DNA of 64,000 nt from Nemertoderma westbladi (GCA_032718475.1 JAUCBJ010007946.1:1-64000), one strand, 5' to 3'; counted from the first letter of the stretch, positions 35,078-47,781 are shown. Notes: generated by a model not told the origin, from the sequence alone. Numbers and translations: made by a program.

Positions 35078-36859
35078 GTTAGTGCTTGTAGTATACAATC
35101 CTTTAAATGTACTCCTTTGAATTAGTGCTTTTTTCACTATAGTTCTTATTTAAATAATAGATAGGTACTTAGTAGGTGTTGGTGAAATGACAACTTTTAT
35201 GCTATTTCATTATTTCCAAGGGTAACAGTGAACAGTCCTAGATAATGATAAATATGATTAATTTTGTCAAGGCCTAAAGCCCTTCCACCAATCTCTAATT
35301 AATTTATAGGATTACTAGTTTCGATACCTACACGAATATCTATGTATGTAAATTAAATTATGTAGTAAACATATTTGACATATTTGCTATCGGTCTTCTG
35401 ATGGTCTACTTCAAATGTGTTTCAACTTCTTATATATTTATACCAGAGAGTTGTCGTAGAATGAGCTTTTAAGTACAGGATTATTGCTGCTGCAGTTACA
35501 GTGTCAAGAAAACTCGGAAATTGTTTCTGGAGAGTTATGCTCGATTTTCACAGTGGCAGTGCAGTTAAGCAGTGCAAACAGATGATGCATATATTAATCT
35601 GCATCATATGGTTGTCGTTAAACCTACATAGCATCCTGATGTATGCGCCATCAAATGATCTGGTTTCCTCTCAGTCAAGTCCCCCCAACATTGGCTTCCA
35701 TGCAATGCAATTTGATCTACTACAGTAGATCAAATTGCAGTAGTAGATCAAACTACAGTTAGGGATAAGTTATGTTTAAAGAACGGAATAGGAATATTGT
35801 TTGCTAACGGATACTGTAGACGGACATCCCGGGGTTCGAAGGTCTAATAAGTCGAGCCGTTCTAAATGCGGTCTCAACTACCGGTCTCAATTTAATCGGT
35901 AGTCTTCCTTCTAAGGTCCGCCAACCACTGCTAATCCCCCGCGAACAGCGGAAGAATCGAATAATCTTCCTATTCTCGGGCGTACAGCTGTTGCTAACTG
36001 TGGCAAATGTGTAACCTCACCAGGGCTACTCTCTCCAGAAGGGGATATTTATTACTAAGTAGTGAAGCCTTATCATCAGTTGTCAGTAGTTCAGGGTGCG
36101 CACTGGGGCGCGGGCTAATTTAATTTTATAATTTTATCCGAAAATATCTAATAATTCTGAATACCGAATGTGCTAAACCTGGGTCAAACAGTTTTCAATA
36201 GGACCGGATTACCTAGCGTTTCGAGTGCCAACCTATATCTATATACTGCAACTGTTATATCAACTGATCAAAATAACTGAATGAATAACGTTCTAGCTAA
36301 TATTTTGTCCGCAAAATATAGTACTGACAGGTTTTATTTCAATCTCTTAACTTATGGAAAAGTGAAATCCTGGTATTCTTCACATGGGCGAATAATTACG
36401 CCTAATATCGCTACCCTTTTTATACTAAATTTTGGCTGAAACTAAAATTTATTGGATAACTAAATTTTGGTTATAAGCGAATATAGAAACTAAACTTAAG
36501 GTTTGGTTATCGAAATCAGCTACACTTGACTTAGTTATCTAGATTGTACTGAGATACCTAAATTGGCTAGGTTGGTCTGTCTTGGTCGGACTTAGACTGA
36601 AATACGAAAGGTGTTTCCGGCCTGTCAACGGTTTAAAAAGACTTTCACCAAAGCCCCAAGTGTGAAGCAGGACCCACACGGCATCCGCCCCACCCTATAG
36701 TGATCCCAAAACATACCCGGTACTTCCCTTTAATAAATAGAAACCCCGTAGTTTGTCATCTTGTCCACCTGCTTCCAGACGCGCTCCCGGTAGGCACTTC
36801 CAAAGCCGCCTACTCCACGCGTTTTAACATGCGAACCGGTAAGCCGGTGTAGTGTACCG

Positions 36860-37360
36860 CACCGACAAGCAACATTAGCGGGCAGATTATATAATATGCA
36901 ATCCAAAGTTAATTCACGGTAACAAATTGCAGAAAACAAGAAAAATAATCAGCACACAACAGCTAAATCAAACTATCAGCTAACACTAACTGAAACTGGT
37001 AAGAGAGAAAAAACAGTGAATAACAGACTCAATACAGTGAATAAGTCACCCACATTCAAGCACAAAGCTTCTACCATTAACCCTATTAAAACCGGGGGTG
37101 GGTCAATATCCACCGACAAGCAACATTAGCGGGCAGATTATATAATATGCAATCCAAAGTTAATTCACGGTAACAAATTGCAGAAAACAAGAAAAATAAT
37201 CAGCACACAACAGCTAAATCAAACTATCAGCTAACACTAACTGAAACTGGTAAGAGAGAAAAAACAGTGAATAACAGACTCAATACAGTGAATAAGTCAC
37301 CCACATTCAAGCACAAAGCTTCTACCATTAACCCTATTAAAACCGGGGGTGGGTCAATAT
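36860..37360. repeat. Tandem duplication, 2 x 251 bp
   Basis: CACCGACAAGCAACATTAGCGGG...GGTCAATAT at 36860 and 37111. Confidence 0.93.
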
Positions 37361-38480
37361 GACCCCCCCCCCCCGTGGTTTTTTTATTATAATTCTGAAA
37401 CAAACGCAGTTGGGAATCTGAAATTTTATGACTTTTCCTAAAAATCTATTGTCTTCCTAGTAGTGAAAACCGTTTTCAAAAATATTGGGTACTTTTCGAG
37501 TTATAGCACCATTTTTTAACCCTACTTTTGGCACTTTTTTGAGACGTTTTTTGAAAATTACATTTCATTAAATATGAATTGTAACATCTCTATTTTTGAT
37601 TTACACCGGTTTTGTGGTGTTAGAAATTTGATGGAATTCATATCAATTGATTTAGAAATTTCAAACTTGTATTTTTCGGCGGGTACCAAATTTTGGTGCC
37701 AGCACCAAACTTTGAAATAAGACAATTTTGTAAATTGAACGTTTGAAACTTGTTTTTTACGCAATTGGGGTTTTTTGGGTTTCTGGATTCGATGAAATAT
37801 ATACGAGTTGCACCAAGCGTATCAAACTTGTATTTTTCGGTGCTGTGTGCAAATTTTGGTGCTAGCACGAAATTTTGAAAATCCATTCAATAGATAAAAT
37901 TGCTTGTGACAATTTATTTCTTGCGTTTTAGAGGTTTATGGCTGTTCTGAATTCAATGGAAAATATAATTATCGAACTAGACATCTCAAACTTGTATTTT
38001 TCGGATGTGGGTGCAAAATGTGGTGCTAGCACCAAATTTTGAAAACCATCAAATATATCAATTGATTGTGTCACCTTGTTTCTTGCGTTATACGGGTTTG
38101 TGATGGTTCTGAATTCAATGGAATCAGTAAAAATTTCATAAGAGTTCTCAAACTTGTATTTTTCGCCGGTGGGTGAAAATTGTTGTGCCAGCACCAAATT
38201 TTGGAAAATATGCAAATTGATAAGTAGATAGTATCACCTTGTTTCTTGCGTTATACGGGTTTATGAGGGTCCTGAATCCGATGGAATCAATAAAAACAGC
38301 ACTGGACATCGCAAACTTGTACTTTTTGGTGATGGGTACGAAATTTGGTGCTAGCACCAAAATTTGCCAAATTAAGCCGAAAAATACAAGTAGCAATGAT
38401 CTGGCATATTAGAAATGTATTCCATTAGAATCAGCGCCCTCGAAAACCTGAAAATGTGAATTTATAGCATCGTATAAGTG
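37332..38480. mobile_element. piggyBac-like non-autonomous fragment with ~120-bp internal subrepeats
   Basis: Starts TTAA|CCCT. AAACTTGTATTTTTC...GGTGCTAGCACCAAA recurs about every 120-165 bp over 37660-38370. No right TIR found. Confidence 0.5.
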
Positions 38481-39524
38481 AATTAAAAATTTTGTGTTCT
38501 AACTGAAAAGTGCTGGTTACTTGTTTTTTTCATTTTTTTCCTACGCAGGGAGAACTAAACAGCCATTTATAGTAATCATATCATTTTTTAATATTTTCCA
38601 ATGTATTTTGCACCCCAGAAAACCTGTATTGAAAAATAATTAGCCGAAACGTAAATACCTAATACATACAAGTAATACTGTATTACTTCAATTTTCTTCC
38701 GAATAGCACTAATTATCATTTATCAAAGAAAATCGTAAAAAATTCGGGTCTGTTTCATCGGACGATTACCTACTGAACATAAAAACGATTACCTAGGCAT
38801 TTTAATAGATAACAAATTTTTCCTTCCCTTTTCTTGGCTTTAGAGCTGTTTTGGACCCATTATCTAAAGTAGCAAAAGTGACCAACATGTTCAGATTGAG
38901 TGATTTTACATGGGTTACTGATTAATGTCGTCTTTTTTGTTGACAACTGAGAAACACTTCCTTCAATCTAGTTAAAATACATTATTGGCGCCTTTCAATG
39001 ACCGTGACAGAAAACCAATATCATCTGCAACATTCGTCATCATCTATCAGATGTCAACTTGTTACTATATCAATATTATGTTTATACAACAGCGTACATA
39101 TGTTTGTGCAGTATATTTAGCACAAAGGATAGGAAATAGTGCTAATATATCATAAAAAGGTGAACGTCCCAGTGTTACTCAAAATGATATGAATTACCAT
39201 TGGATGTAAAAACAAAATGTCATAAAACGTCAAACATGGCTCAAATTGAAGAAATAATCCGCTAAGTACAACATTAGCATCAATATCAACATGAAAAGGC
39301 GAGGCGTGAAACTCTATCGAAAGTTTGAAAAATTCAACTAAGCTACTAACAAACATAAATATATATGTGGATATTTATTCTATCAGTGTCAAAAATATGT
39401 TTAGGGAGGATATCTCCCAGGTGGAAGCCAATTTGATTTCCTTACAATAACTTTCTACACGCCTTTTCTATTATATTGAGCATTATTATTAGTAATAGCA
39501 TAATATATAAATGTGCCGGAATAT

Positions 39525-39790
39525 TTAGGAAGTACTCCTAAATACCTGAAGTTGGGGCCTACAATGCGGTTCTAGAATTGGTAATTAGTGATTCAGAACT
39601 TATTATTAGACAAACAAACACCTCCAGCTCCACTTCCATCCACAGAATTGATGATGAATTGCCTACCACCCCAAACATAAGTATTCACCCGACTATAAAT
39701 AGAGCTTTCAGTCCATCTGTCGGCATTAACTGTGTAGTACAATATATCCAGTAGTTCAGTTCCAATGGCCCCAACAGTACTCTTAAGGCA
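39525..39790 (-). mobile_element. Highly degraded LINE RT fragment
   Basis: Minus-strand VLLGPLEL (~39760) and NFRYLGVL (~39540) resemble the RT motifs GSVLGPLLF and KYLGV, in the expected order. Confidence 0.4.
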
Positions 39791-40061
39791 AAATACCTGG
39801 TTTGCCCAGTTCTACCTATGTAGAACATGAGACCATCACCGAACTTAGATGTTTAAATCCTGGTGTTTTCTGGATCTGATGGCATTATCAGTCTGGTACT
39901 GCATTACAGGCCGATCGTGTATAAACGATATATCAGTCAAAGAGGCTAACTGTTAATAGTGTAGTTAACATTTATATGTACTACTGTAAAAAAAACTGTA
40001 CATACCATGTAATCATAATAATCCTACTAATAATAGGTAAATTGACCTATTTTGATTTTAG

Positions 40062-40177
40062 AGAGTTTGCCAAAGAAAAGGAGCGGGTGGAAAATCGTGA
40101 AGCTTATCAAAAGTTAAGACGGAAACAACAACTGGAGCGGGAGTTGGAAGGTTACTTGGATTGGCTCGCTAAAGCAG
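40062..40177 (+). CDS. Cav2: Cav2 exon 8 (I-II linker, AID)
   Basis: [38 protein letters not shown]. Confidence 0.96.
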
Positions 40178-40364
40178 GTTATTAACAACATAAATGATAG
40201 CTGGAAAGTTATTGAAAGTAGAGGGTATTGAAACAGTCTGTAAGCCTTTGCTGAGAGAGCTACTAAACCTAACACATTACTCAAGCTACAAAACTCATAC
40301 TCAAACGTAGTACTCAAAACTCATACGTAATAAGTATTTCATTCAAGTATTTTAACAACTTCGA

Positions 40365-40775
40365 CGGCGGGGCTAGCTCAGTTGGTTGAGTGCTGGGCTT
40401 ACACATTCATTGGTTGCTGATTCTAGCCCTGCATCGTTCTCAGCCTTTCAAAGACTGGGTTCAATAAAATGAAAATGAGATCGACAAGAAAGCTGTGCCG
40501 TGTTTATTGTGGCATGAACAATGAACACATCTCCAATCAGTCTCTATAGAACATTGGAGGTGTTTCATTTGTCTCCCCTAGCTTGACACTTGAACGAAGC
40601 CGCCTCCGCTTTGCAGGACATTGCTTTAGACATAAGGGCTAACCGGTGCATAATCGTATGCTTTGGGTAACTGATGGAGTGAATAAACATGGCAGGCAGC
40701 CAGTCCATGACTTTTTTGAGACGCATCTCAAGGACCCTCTGGCTTTAAAAATTGCGGATGACATGCGGACACAAA
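40365..40775 (+). mobile_element. Degenerate tRNA-like head followed by an RTE-like LINE 3' fragment
   Basis: TAGCTCAGTTGG A-box-like sequence at ~40374; HISNQSL and SRLRFAGHCFR peptides at 40525-40630. Confidence 0.5.
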
Positions 40776-41808
40776 ATTTAGTACACTAACGGTACTCATA
40801 TTAAATGCTCTTTAATGCATTACTTTTTAATCATACCATAAATACCTCCTAACTTCAATCTATGTATTTAAAAGATAAAACCCGTATATGACATTTAATT
40901 GAAAAAAATATAATTTTAAAATAAATCAGTATAATCAACAATTATTTATTAATGATTAATTATAATGTCCCAAGTCATTTTACTTGAATTATGTGGCATC
41001 TGCAACCAAACAACAGTCAGACATTGCCATCTGTCACACATGCTAAATTGAATTGCAGCTATATTTATATTTATTAGTTGGGGGTGGATATTTATCCGAA
41101 ATATTAATTCCTGACACATAGAAATCAGTGAGGCACTTTGATGAAGAGTACAAGTCATTAGCTGGAAGAATATATGCGCCACGCGGTGTTTCGGATAATA
41201 AGGTTGTCTGCAATTCGTCCCAGAACACACTGTCTTCCAATCAGAAATTCATTTATGTCAAGTGCTTATTAGACTCCAGAGATGAGGACAACCCAGTAGC
41301 TTCTGGACTTTGCCAACACACTCTAGTTTTTCAACCAATACCTATCGACCATATGGTTGTGTGGTTGCACTTCTCAACAGTAGTGGTGTAGCTTGCGCTT
41401 TCCAAGATACTTATTTTATGTGACACCATCGATTTTTTCCCCAAATCGATTCCATTTCCTCTCCATTTACATAGACTGAAAATTAGAATCAAACAGAATG
41501 ATAGTACATACCGTCTCAATTAGATGCATTAGTACGATGCATGAGTACAGCGGTCGTGATTAGCTTAATCCGTAAAATCTCTAGCATGGGTCGGAATGAT
41601 ATTCTGTGGCTACCGGCATAGTGTATACTCTTAGAATTACTTTTATTACAGGAAGGGATCTAGGGACCTTCCTGTAATAAATGTATCATAACAAACACCT
41701 CGAAAAAAATACAGCTTGCCAAAACCTTGTTACTATCAATAATAAAAATCAGGGGCTAATAAAATGGCAGCTGGCTTTGAAATTAATACTCCATATCTCA
41801 AGAACCTG

Positions 41809-41861
41809 TGGCCTAGTGGTTGTTGTCTCGGCTTCCACCTCGAGGTCCTAGGTTCGAATCC
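41809..41861 (+). promoter_or_regulatory. Type 2 RNA Pol III internal promoter (A and B boxes), repeated in each unit
   Basis: A box TGGCCTAGTGG at 41809-41819; B box GGTTCGAATCC at 41851-41861. Confidence 0.8.
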
Positions 41862-41912
41862 GACACCACGCTGATGAGACCCAGTAAGGTCGAAACGCGT
41901 ACGAGGTTTGGA
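41859..41912 (+). ncRNA. Type I hammerhead ribozyme, copy 1 (one stem I mismatch)
   Basis: ACCACG-CTGATGA-GACC(CAGTAA)GGTC-GAAA-CGCG-TA-CGAGGT; predicted cut after 41901. Confidence 0.88.
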
Positions 41913-42270
41913 GAGATATGAGATATTAATTTCAAGAAAAATTACGCGATTCCTAAATTTGTACACTACCCGGTTATAAAGTACGCATGTGATGGGATTA
42001 GTCCTACAATTGCGCCAATAAAAGATAAGTTATTTTCGGTAAAATAAACTTATCATTCGAGGTTAAGACCCCTAGATCCCTTCCTGTAATAAATGTATCA
42101 TAACAAACACCTCGAAAAAAATACAGCTTGCCAAAACCTTGTTACTATCAATAATAAAAATCAGGGGCTAATAAAATGGCAGCTGGCTTTGAAATTAATA
42201 CTCCATATCTCAAGAACATGTGGCCTAGTGGTTGTTGTCTCGGCTTCCACCTCGAGGTCCTAGGTTCGAA

Positions 42271-42324
42271 TCCGACACCACGCTGATGAGACCCAGTAAG
42301 GTCGAAACGCGTACGTGGTTTGGA
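42271..42324 (+). ncRNA. Type I hammerhead ribozyme, copy 2
   Basis: CTGATGA at 42283; perfect stem I ACCACG/CGTGGT. Confidence 0.92.
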
Positions 42325-42681
42325 GAGATATGAGATATTAATTTCAGAAAAATTACGCGATTCCTAAATTTGTACACTACCCGGTTATAAAGTACGCATG
42401 TGATGGGATTAGTCCTACAATTGCGCCAATAAAAGATAAGTTATTTTCGGTAAAATAAACTTATCATTCGAGGTTAAGACCCCTAGATCCCTTCCTGTAA
42501 TAAATGTATCATAACAAACACCTCGAAAAAAATACAGCTTGCCAAAACCTTGTTACTATCAATAATAAAAATCAGGGGCTAATAAAATGGCAGCTGGCTT
42601 TGAAATTAATACTCCATATCTCAAGAACCTGTGGCCTAGTGGTTGTTGTCTCGGCTTCCACCTCGAGGTCCTAGGTTCGAA

Positions 42682-42735
42682 TCCGACACCACGCTGATGA
42701 GACCCAGTAAGGTCGAAACGCGTACGTGGTTTGGA
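42682..42735 (+). ncRNA. Type I hammerhead ribozyme, copy 3
   Basis: CTGATGA at 42694. Confidence 0.92.
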
Positions 42736-43092
42736 GAGATATGAGATATTAATTTCAAGAAAAATTACGCGATTCCTAAATTTGTACACTACCCGGTTAT
42801 AAAGTACGCATGTGATGGGATTAGTCCTACAATTGCGCCAATAAAAGATAAGTTATTTTCGGTAAAATAAACTTATCATTCGAGGTTAAGACCCCTAGAT
42901 CCCTTCCTGTAATAAATGTATCATAACAAACACCTCGAAAAAATACAGCTTGCCAAAACCTTGTTACTATCAATAATAAAAATCAGGGGCTAATAAAATG
43001 GCAGCTGGCTTTGAAATTAATACTCCATATCTCAAGAACCTGTGGCCTAGTGGTTGTTGTCTCGGCTTCCACCTCGAGGTCCTAGGTTCGAA

Positions 43093-43146
43093 TCCGACAC
43101 CACGCTGATGAGACCCAGTAAGGTCGAAACGCGTACGTGGTTTGGA
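43093..43146 (+). ncRNA. Type I hammerhead ribozyme, copy 4
   Basis: CTGATGA at 43105. Confidence 0.92.
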
Positions 43147-43503
43147 GAGATATGAGATATTAATTTCAAGAAAAATTACGCGATTCCTAAATTTGTACAC
43201 TACCCGGTTATAAAGTACGCATGTGATGGGATTAGTCCTACAATTGCGCCAATAAAAGATAAGTTATTTTCGGTAAAATAAACTTATCATTCGAGGTTAA
43301 GACCCCTAGATCCCTTCCTGTAATAAATGTATCATAACAAACACCTCGAAAAAATACAGCTTGCCAAAACCTTGTTACTATCAATAATAAAAATCAGGGG
43401 CTAATAAAATGGCAGCTGGCTTTGAAATTAATACTCCATATCTCAAGAACCTGTGGCCTAGTGGTTGTTGTCTCGGCTTCCACCTCGAGGTCCTAGGTTC
43501 GAA

Positions 43504-43557
43504 TCCGACACCACGCTGATGAGACCCAGTAAGGTCGAAACGCGTACGTGGTTTGGA
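43504..43557 (+). ncRNA. Type I hammerhead ribozyme, copy 5
   Basis: CTGATGA at 43516. Confidence 0.92.
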
Positions 43558-43915
43558 GAGATATGAGATATTAATTTCAAGAAAAATTACGCGATTCCTA
43601 AATTTGTACACTACCCGGTTATAAAGTACGCATGTGATGGGATTAGTCCTACAATTGCGCCAATAAAAGATAAGTTATTTTCGGTAAAATAAACTTATCA
43701 TTCGAGGTTAAGACCCCTAGATCCCTTCCTGTAATAAATGTATCATAACAAACACCTCGAAAAAAATACAGCTTGCCAAAACCTTGTTACTATCAATAAT
43801 AAAAATCAGGGGCTAATAAAATGGCAGCTGGCTTTGAAATTAATACTCCATATCTCAAGAACCTGTGGCCTAGTGGTTGTTGTCTCGGCTTCCACCTCGA
43901 GGTCCTAGGTTCGAA

Positions 43916-43969
43916 TCCGACACCACGCTGATGAGACCCAGTAAGGTCGAAACGCGTACGTGGTTTGGA
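43916..43969 (+). ncRNA. Type I hammerhead ribozyme, copy 6
   Basis: CTGATGA at 43928. Confidence 0.92.
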
Positions 43970-44327
43970 GAGATATGAGATATTAATTTCAAGAAAAATT
44001 ACGCGATTCCTAAATTTGTACACTACCCGGTTATAAAGTACGCATGTGATGGGATTAGTCCTACAATTGCGCCAATAAAAGATAAGTTATTTTCGGTAAA
44101 ATAAACTTATCATTCGAGGTTAAGACCCCTAGATCCCTTCCTGTAATAAATGTATCATAACAAACACCTCGAAAAAAATACAGCTTGCCAAAACCTTGTT
44201 ACTATCAATAATAAAAATCAGGGGCTAATAAAATGGCAGCTGGCTTTGAAATTAATACTCCATATCTCAAGAACCTGTGGCCTAGTGGTTGTTGTCTCGG
44301 CTTCCACCTCGAGGTCCTAGGTTCGAA

Positions 44328-44381
44328 TCCGACACCACGCTGATGAGACCCAGTAAGGTCGAAACGCGTACGTGGTTTGGA
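44328..44381 (+). ncRNA. Type I hammerhead ribozyme, copy 7
   Basis: CTGATGA at 44340. Confidence 0.92.
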
Positions 44382-44740
44382 GAGATATGAGATATTAATT
44401 TCAAGAAAAATTACGCGATTCCTAAATTTGTACACTACCCGGTTATAAAGTACGCATGTGATGGGATTAGTCCTACAATTGCGCCAATAAAATATAAGTT
44501 ATTTTCGGTAAAATAAACTTATCATTCGAGGTTAAGACCCCTAGATCCCTTCCTGTAATAAATGTATCATAACAAACACCTCGAAAAAAATACAGCTTGC
44601 CAAAACCTTGTTACTATCACATAATAAAAATCAGGGGCTAATAAAATGGCAGCTGGCTTTGAAATTAATACTCCATATCTCAAGAACCTGTGGCCTAGTG
44701 GTTGTTGTCTCGGCTTCCACCTCGAGGTCCTAGGTTCGAA

Positions 44741-44794
44741 TCCGACACCACGCTGATGAGACCCAGTAAGGTCGAAACGCGTACGTGGTTTGGA
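44741..44794 (+). ncRNA. Type I hammerhead ribozyme, copy 8
   Basis: CTGATGA at 44753. Confidence 0.92.
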
Positions 44795-45248
44795 GAGATA
44801 TGAGATATTAATTTCAAGAAAAATTACGCGATTCCTAAATTTGTACACTACCCGGTTATAAAGTACGCATGTGATGGGATTAGTCCTACAATTGCGCCAA
44901 TAAAAGATAAGTTATTTTCGGTAAAATAAACTTATCATTCGAGGTTAAGACCCCTAGATCCCTTCCTGTAATAAATGTATCATAACAAACACCTCGAAAA
45001 AAATACAGCTTGCCAAAACCTTGTTACTATCAATACTTAGAATTACTGACATCGTCACTTGACATAGGCAAGCAAGGTGACTCGCCTACATTATGTAACA
45101 ATAGGAATCATATTGATCACTATGGAGCCAGGCGTAGAGTGACCTAGATACACATTGTTAGACCACTTAGCTTATACATATTGCTAACTGTATTATGTTG
45201 ATGTTCTAATATTGTTCGAGATTATTTATTACGTCGTTTCTGTTGCAG

Positions 45249-45404
45249 ACGAGATTGATCTTAACGAGTCTAAGATGACCGACGCCGAGAAGGCGATGTA
45301 CCGCGCCCAGAGAGGTTTAAGCAAAGCTCACATATCAATGGATGACGATGATGAAGATGAGGAAATGGACACAGATATTGAGGAAAACGATAACATTGAA
45401 ATAG
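45249..45404 (+). CDS. Cav2: Cav2 exon 9 (acidic I-II linker)
   Basis: DEIDLNESKMTDAEK...DDDDEDEE...IEI; phase 1 at both ends, matching neighbours. Confidence 0.85.
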
Positions 45405-47781
45405 GTACCCGTTACATTACAGATACCGTAACGCAATAACGGTTTATTAATAGGTAACCGTTACACTACAGATACCGTAACGCAATAACAGTTTATTAAT
45501 AGGTACCCGTTACATTACAGATACCGTAACGCAATAACGGTTTATTAATAGGTACCCGTTACATTACAGTTACCGTAACGCAATAACGGTTTATTAATAG
45601 GTAACCGTTACATTACAGATACCGTAACGCAATAACGGTTTTTTAATAGGTAACCGTTCCATTACAGATAAAGTAACACAATAACGGTTTAGTAATAGGT
45701 AACCGTTCCATTACAGATACTGTAACGCAATAACGGTTTATTAAAGGGTAACCCTTACATTACAGATAACGTAACGCAATAACAGTTTATTAATAGGTAA
45801 CCATTACATTACAGATACCGTAACACAATAACGGTTTATTAATAGGTAACCGTTTCATTACAGATACCGTAACACAATAACGGTTTATTAATAGGTACCC
45901 GTTCCATTACAGATACCGTGACGCAATAACGGTTTATTAATAGGTAACCGTTACATTACAGATACCGTAACGCAATAACGGTTTATTAATAGGTAACCGT
46001 TCCATTACAGATACCGTAACGCAATAACGGTTTATTAATAGGTAACCGCCGTTACATTACAGATACCGTAACGCAATAGCGGTTTATTATTAGGTAACCG
46101 TTACATTACAGATACCGTAACGCAATAACGGTTTATTATTAGGTAACCGTTACATTACAGATAAAGTAACACAATAACGGTTTATTAATAGGTAACCGTT
46201 ACATTACAGATACCGTAACGCAATAACGTTTTATTATTAGGTAACCGTTACATTACAGATACCGTAACGCAATAACGGTTTATTATTAGGTAACCATTAC
46301 ATTACAGATACCGTAACGTAATAATGGTTTATTAATAGGTAACCGTTACATTACAGATACCGTAACGCAATAACGGTTTATTAATAGGACCGTTACATTA
46401 CAGATAAAGTAACACAATAACGGTTTATTAATAGGTAACCGTTACATTACAGATACCGTAACGCAATAACGGTTTATTAATAGGTAACCGTTACATTACA
46501 GATAACGTAACTCAATAACGGTTTATTAATAGGTAACCGTTACATTACAGATACCGTAACGCAATAACGGTTTATTAATAGGACCGTTACATTACAGATA
46601 AAGTAACACAATAACGGTTTATTAATAGGTAACCGTTACATTACAGATACCGTAACGCAATAACGGTTTATTAATAGGTAACCGTTACATTACAGATACC
46701 GTAACGCAATAACGGTTTATTAATAGGTAACCGTTACATTACAGATAACGTAACTCAATAACGGTTTATTAATAGGTAACCGTTACATTACAGATACCGT
46801 AACGCAATAACGGTTTATTTATAGGTAACCGTTACATTACATATAACGTAACTCAATAACGGTTTATTAAGAGGTAACCGTTACATTACAGATACCGTAA
46901 CGCAATAACGGTTTATTATTAGGTAACCGTTACATTACAGATAAAGTAACACAATAACGGTTTATTAATAGGTAACCGTTACATTACAGATAAAGTAACA
47001 CAATAACGGTTTATTAATAGGTAACCGTTACATTACAGATACCGTAACGCAATAACGGTTTATTAATAGGTAACCGTTACATTACAGATACCGTAACGCA
47101 ATAACGGTTTATTAATAGGTAACCGTTACATTACAGATACCGTAACACAATAACGGTTTATTAATAGGTAACCGTTACATTACAGATACCGTAACGCAAT
47201 AACGGTTTATTAATAGGTAACCGTTACATTACAGATACCGAAAACGCAATAACTGTTTATTAATAGGTAACCGTTACATTACAGATACCGTAACGCAATA
47301 ACGGTTTATTAATAGGTAACCGTTACATTACAGATACCGTAACGCAATACCGGTCTATTAATAGGTAACCGTTACATTACAGATACCGTAACGCAATAAC
47401 GGTTTATTAATAGGTAACCGTTACATTACAGATACCGTAACGCAATAACGGTTTATTAATAGGTAACCGTTACATTACAGATACCGTAACGTAATAATGG
47501 TTTATTAATAGGTAACCGTTACATTTCAGATACCGTAACGCAATAACGGTTTATTAATAGGTAACCGTTACATTACAGATACCGTAACGCAATAACGGTT
47601 TATTAATAGGTAACCATTACATTACAGATACCGTAACGCAATAACGGTTTATTAATAGGTAACCGTTACATTACAGATACCGTAACACAATAACGGTTTA
47701 TTAATAGGTAACTGTTACATTACAGATAAAGTAACACAATAACGGTTTATTAATAGGTAACCGTTACATTACAGATAAAGT
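45400..47781 (+). repeat. 49-bp tandem repeat starting at the exon 9 splice donor, ~48 copies
   Basis: Unit AATAG|GTAACCGTTACATTACAGATACCGTAACGCAATAACGGTTTATT; first copy overlaps the last 5 exon nt. Confidence 0.96.

Larger units (their letters stand above)
41642..45035 (+). mobile_element. Multimeric retrozyme-like insertion: ~8.2 head-to-tail 411-413-bp units, 12-bp TSD
   Basis: TSD CTTAGAATTACT at 41630-41641 and 45036-45047; near-identical units; 24-bp inverted segment at the 5' junction. Confidence 0.93.

Noticed and set aside
35400-36860. Possible LINE endonuclease or ORF1 remnants (ILMYAPSND)
   Set aside because: A single short motif is not enough support.
41736-44848. Repeated 76-aa minus-strand ORF; units as true tRNA genes or CRISPR repeats
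   Set aside because: The ORF starts at GTG, is antisense to the ribozyme and is frameshifted in copy 2. The tRNA-like part lacks an acceptor stem. There are no unique spacers or cas genes, and the context is eukaryotic.
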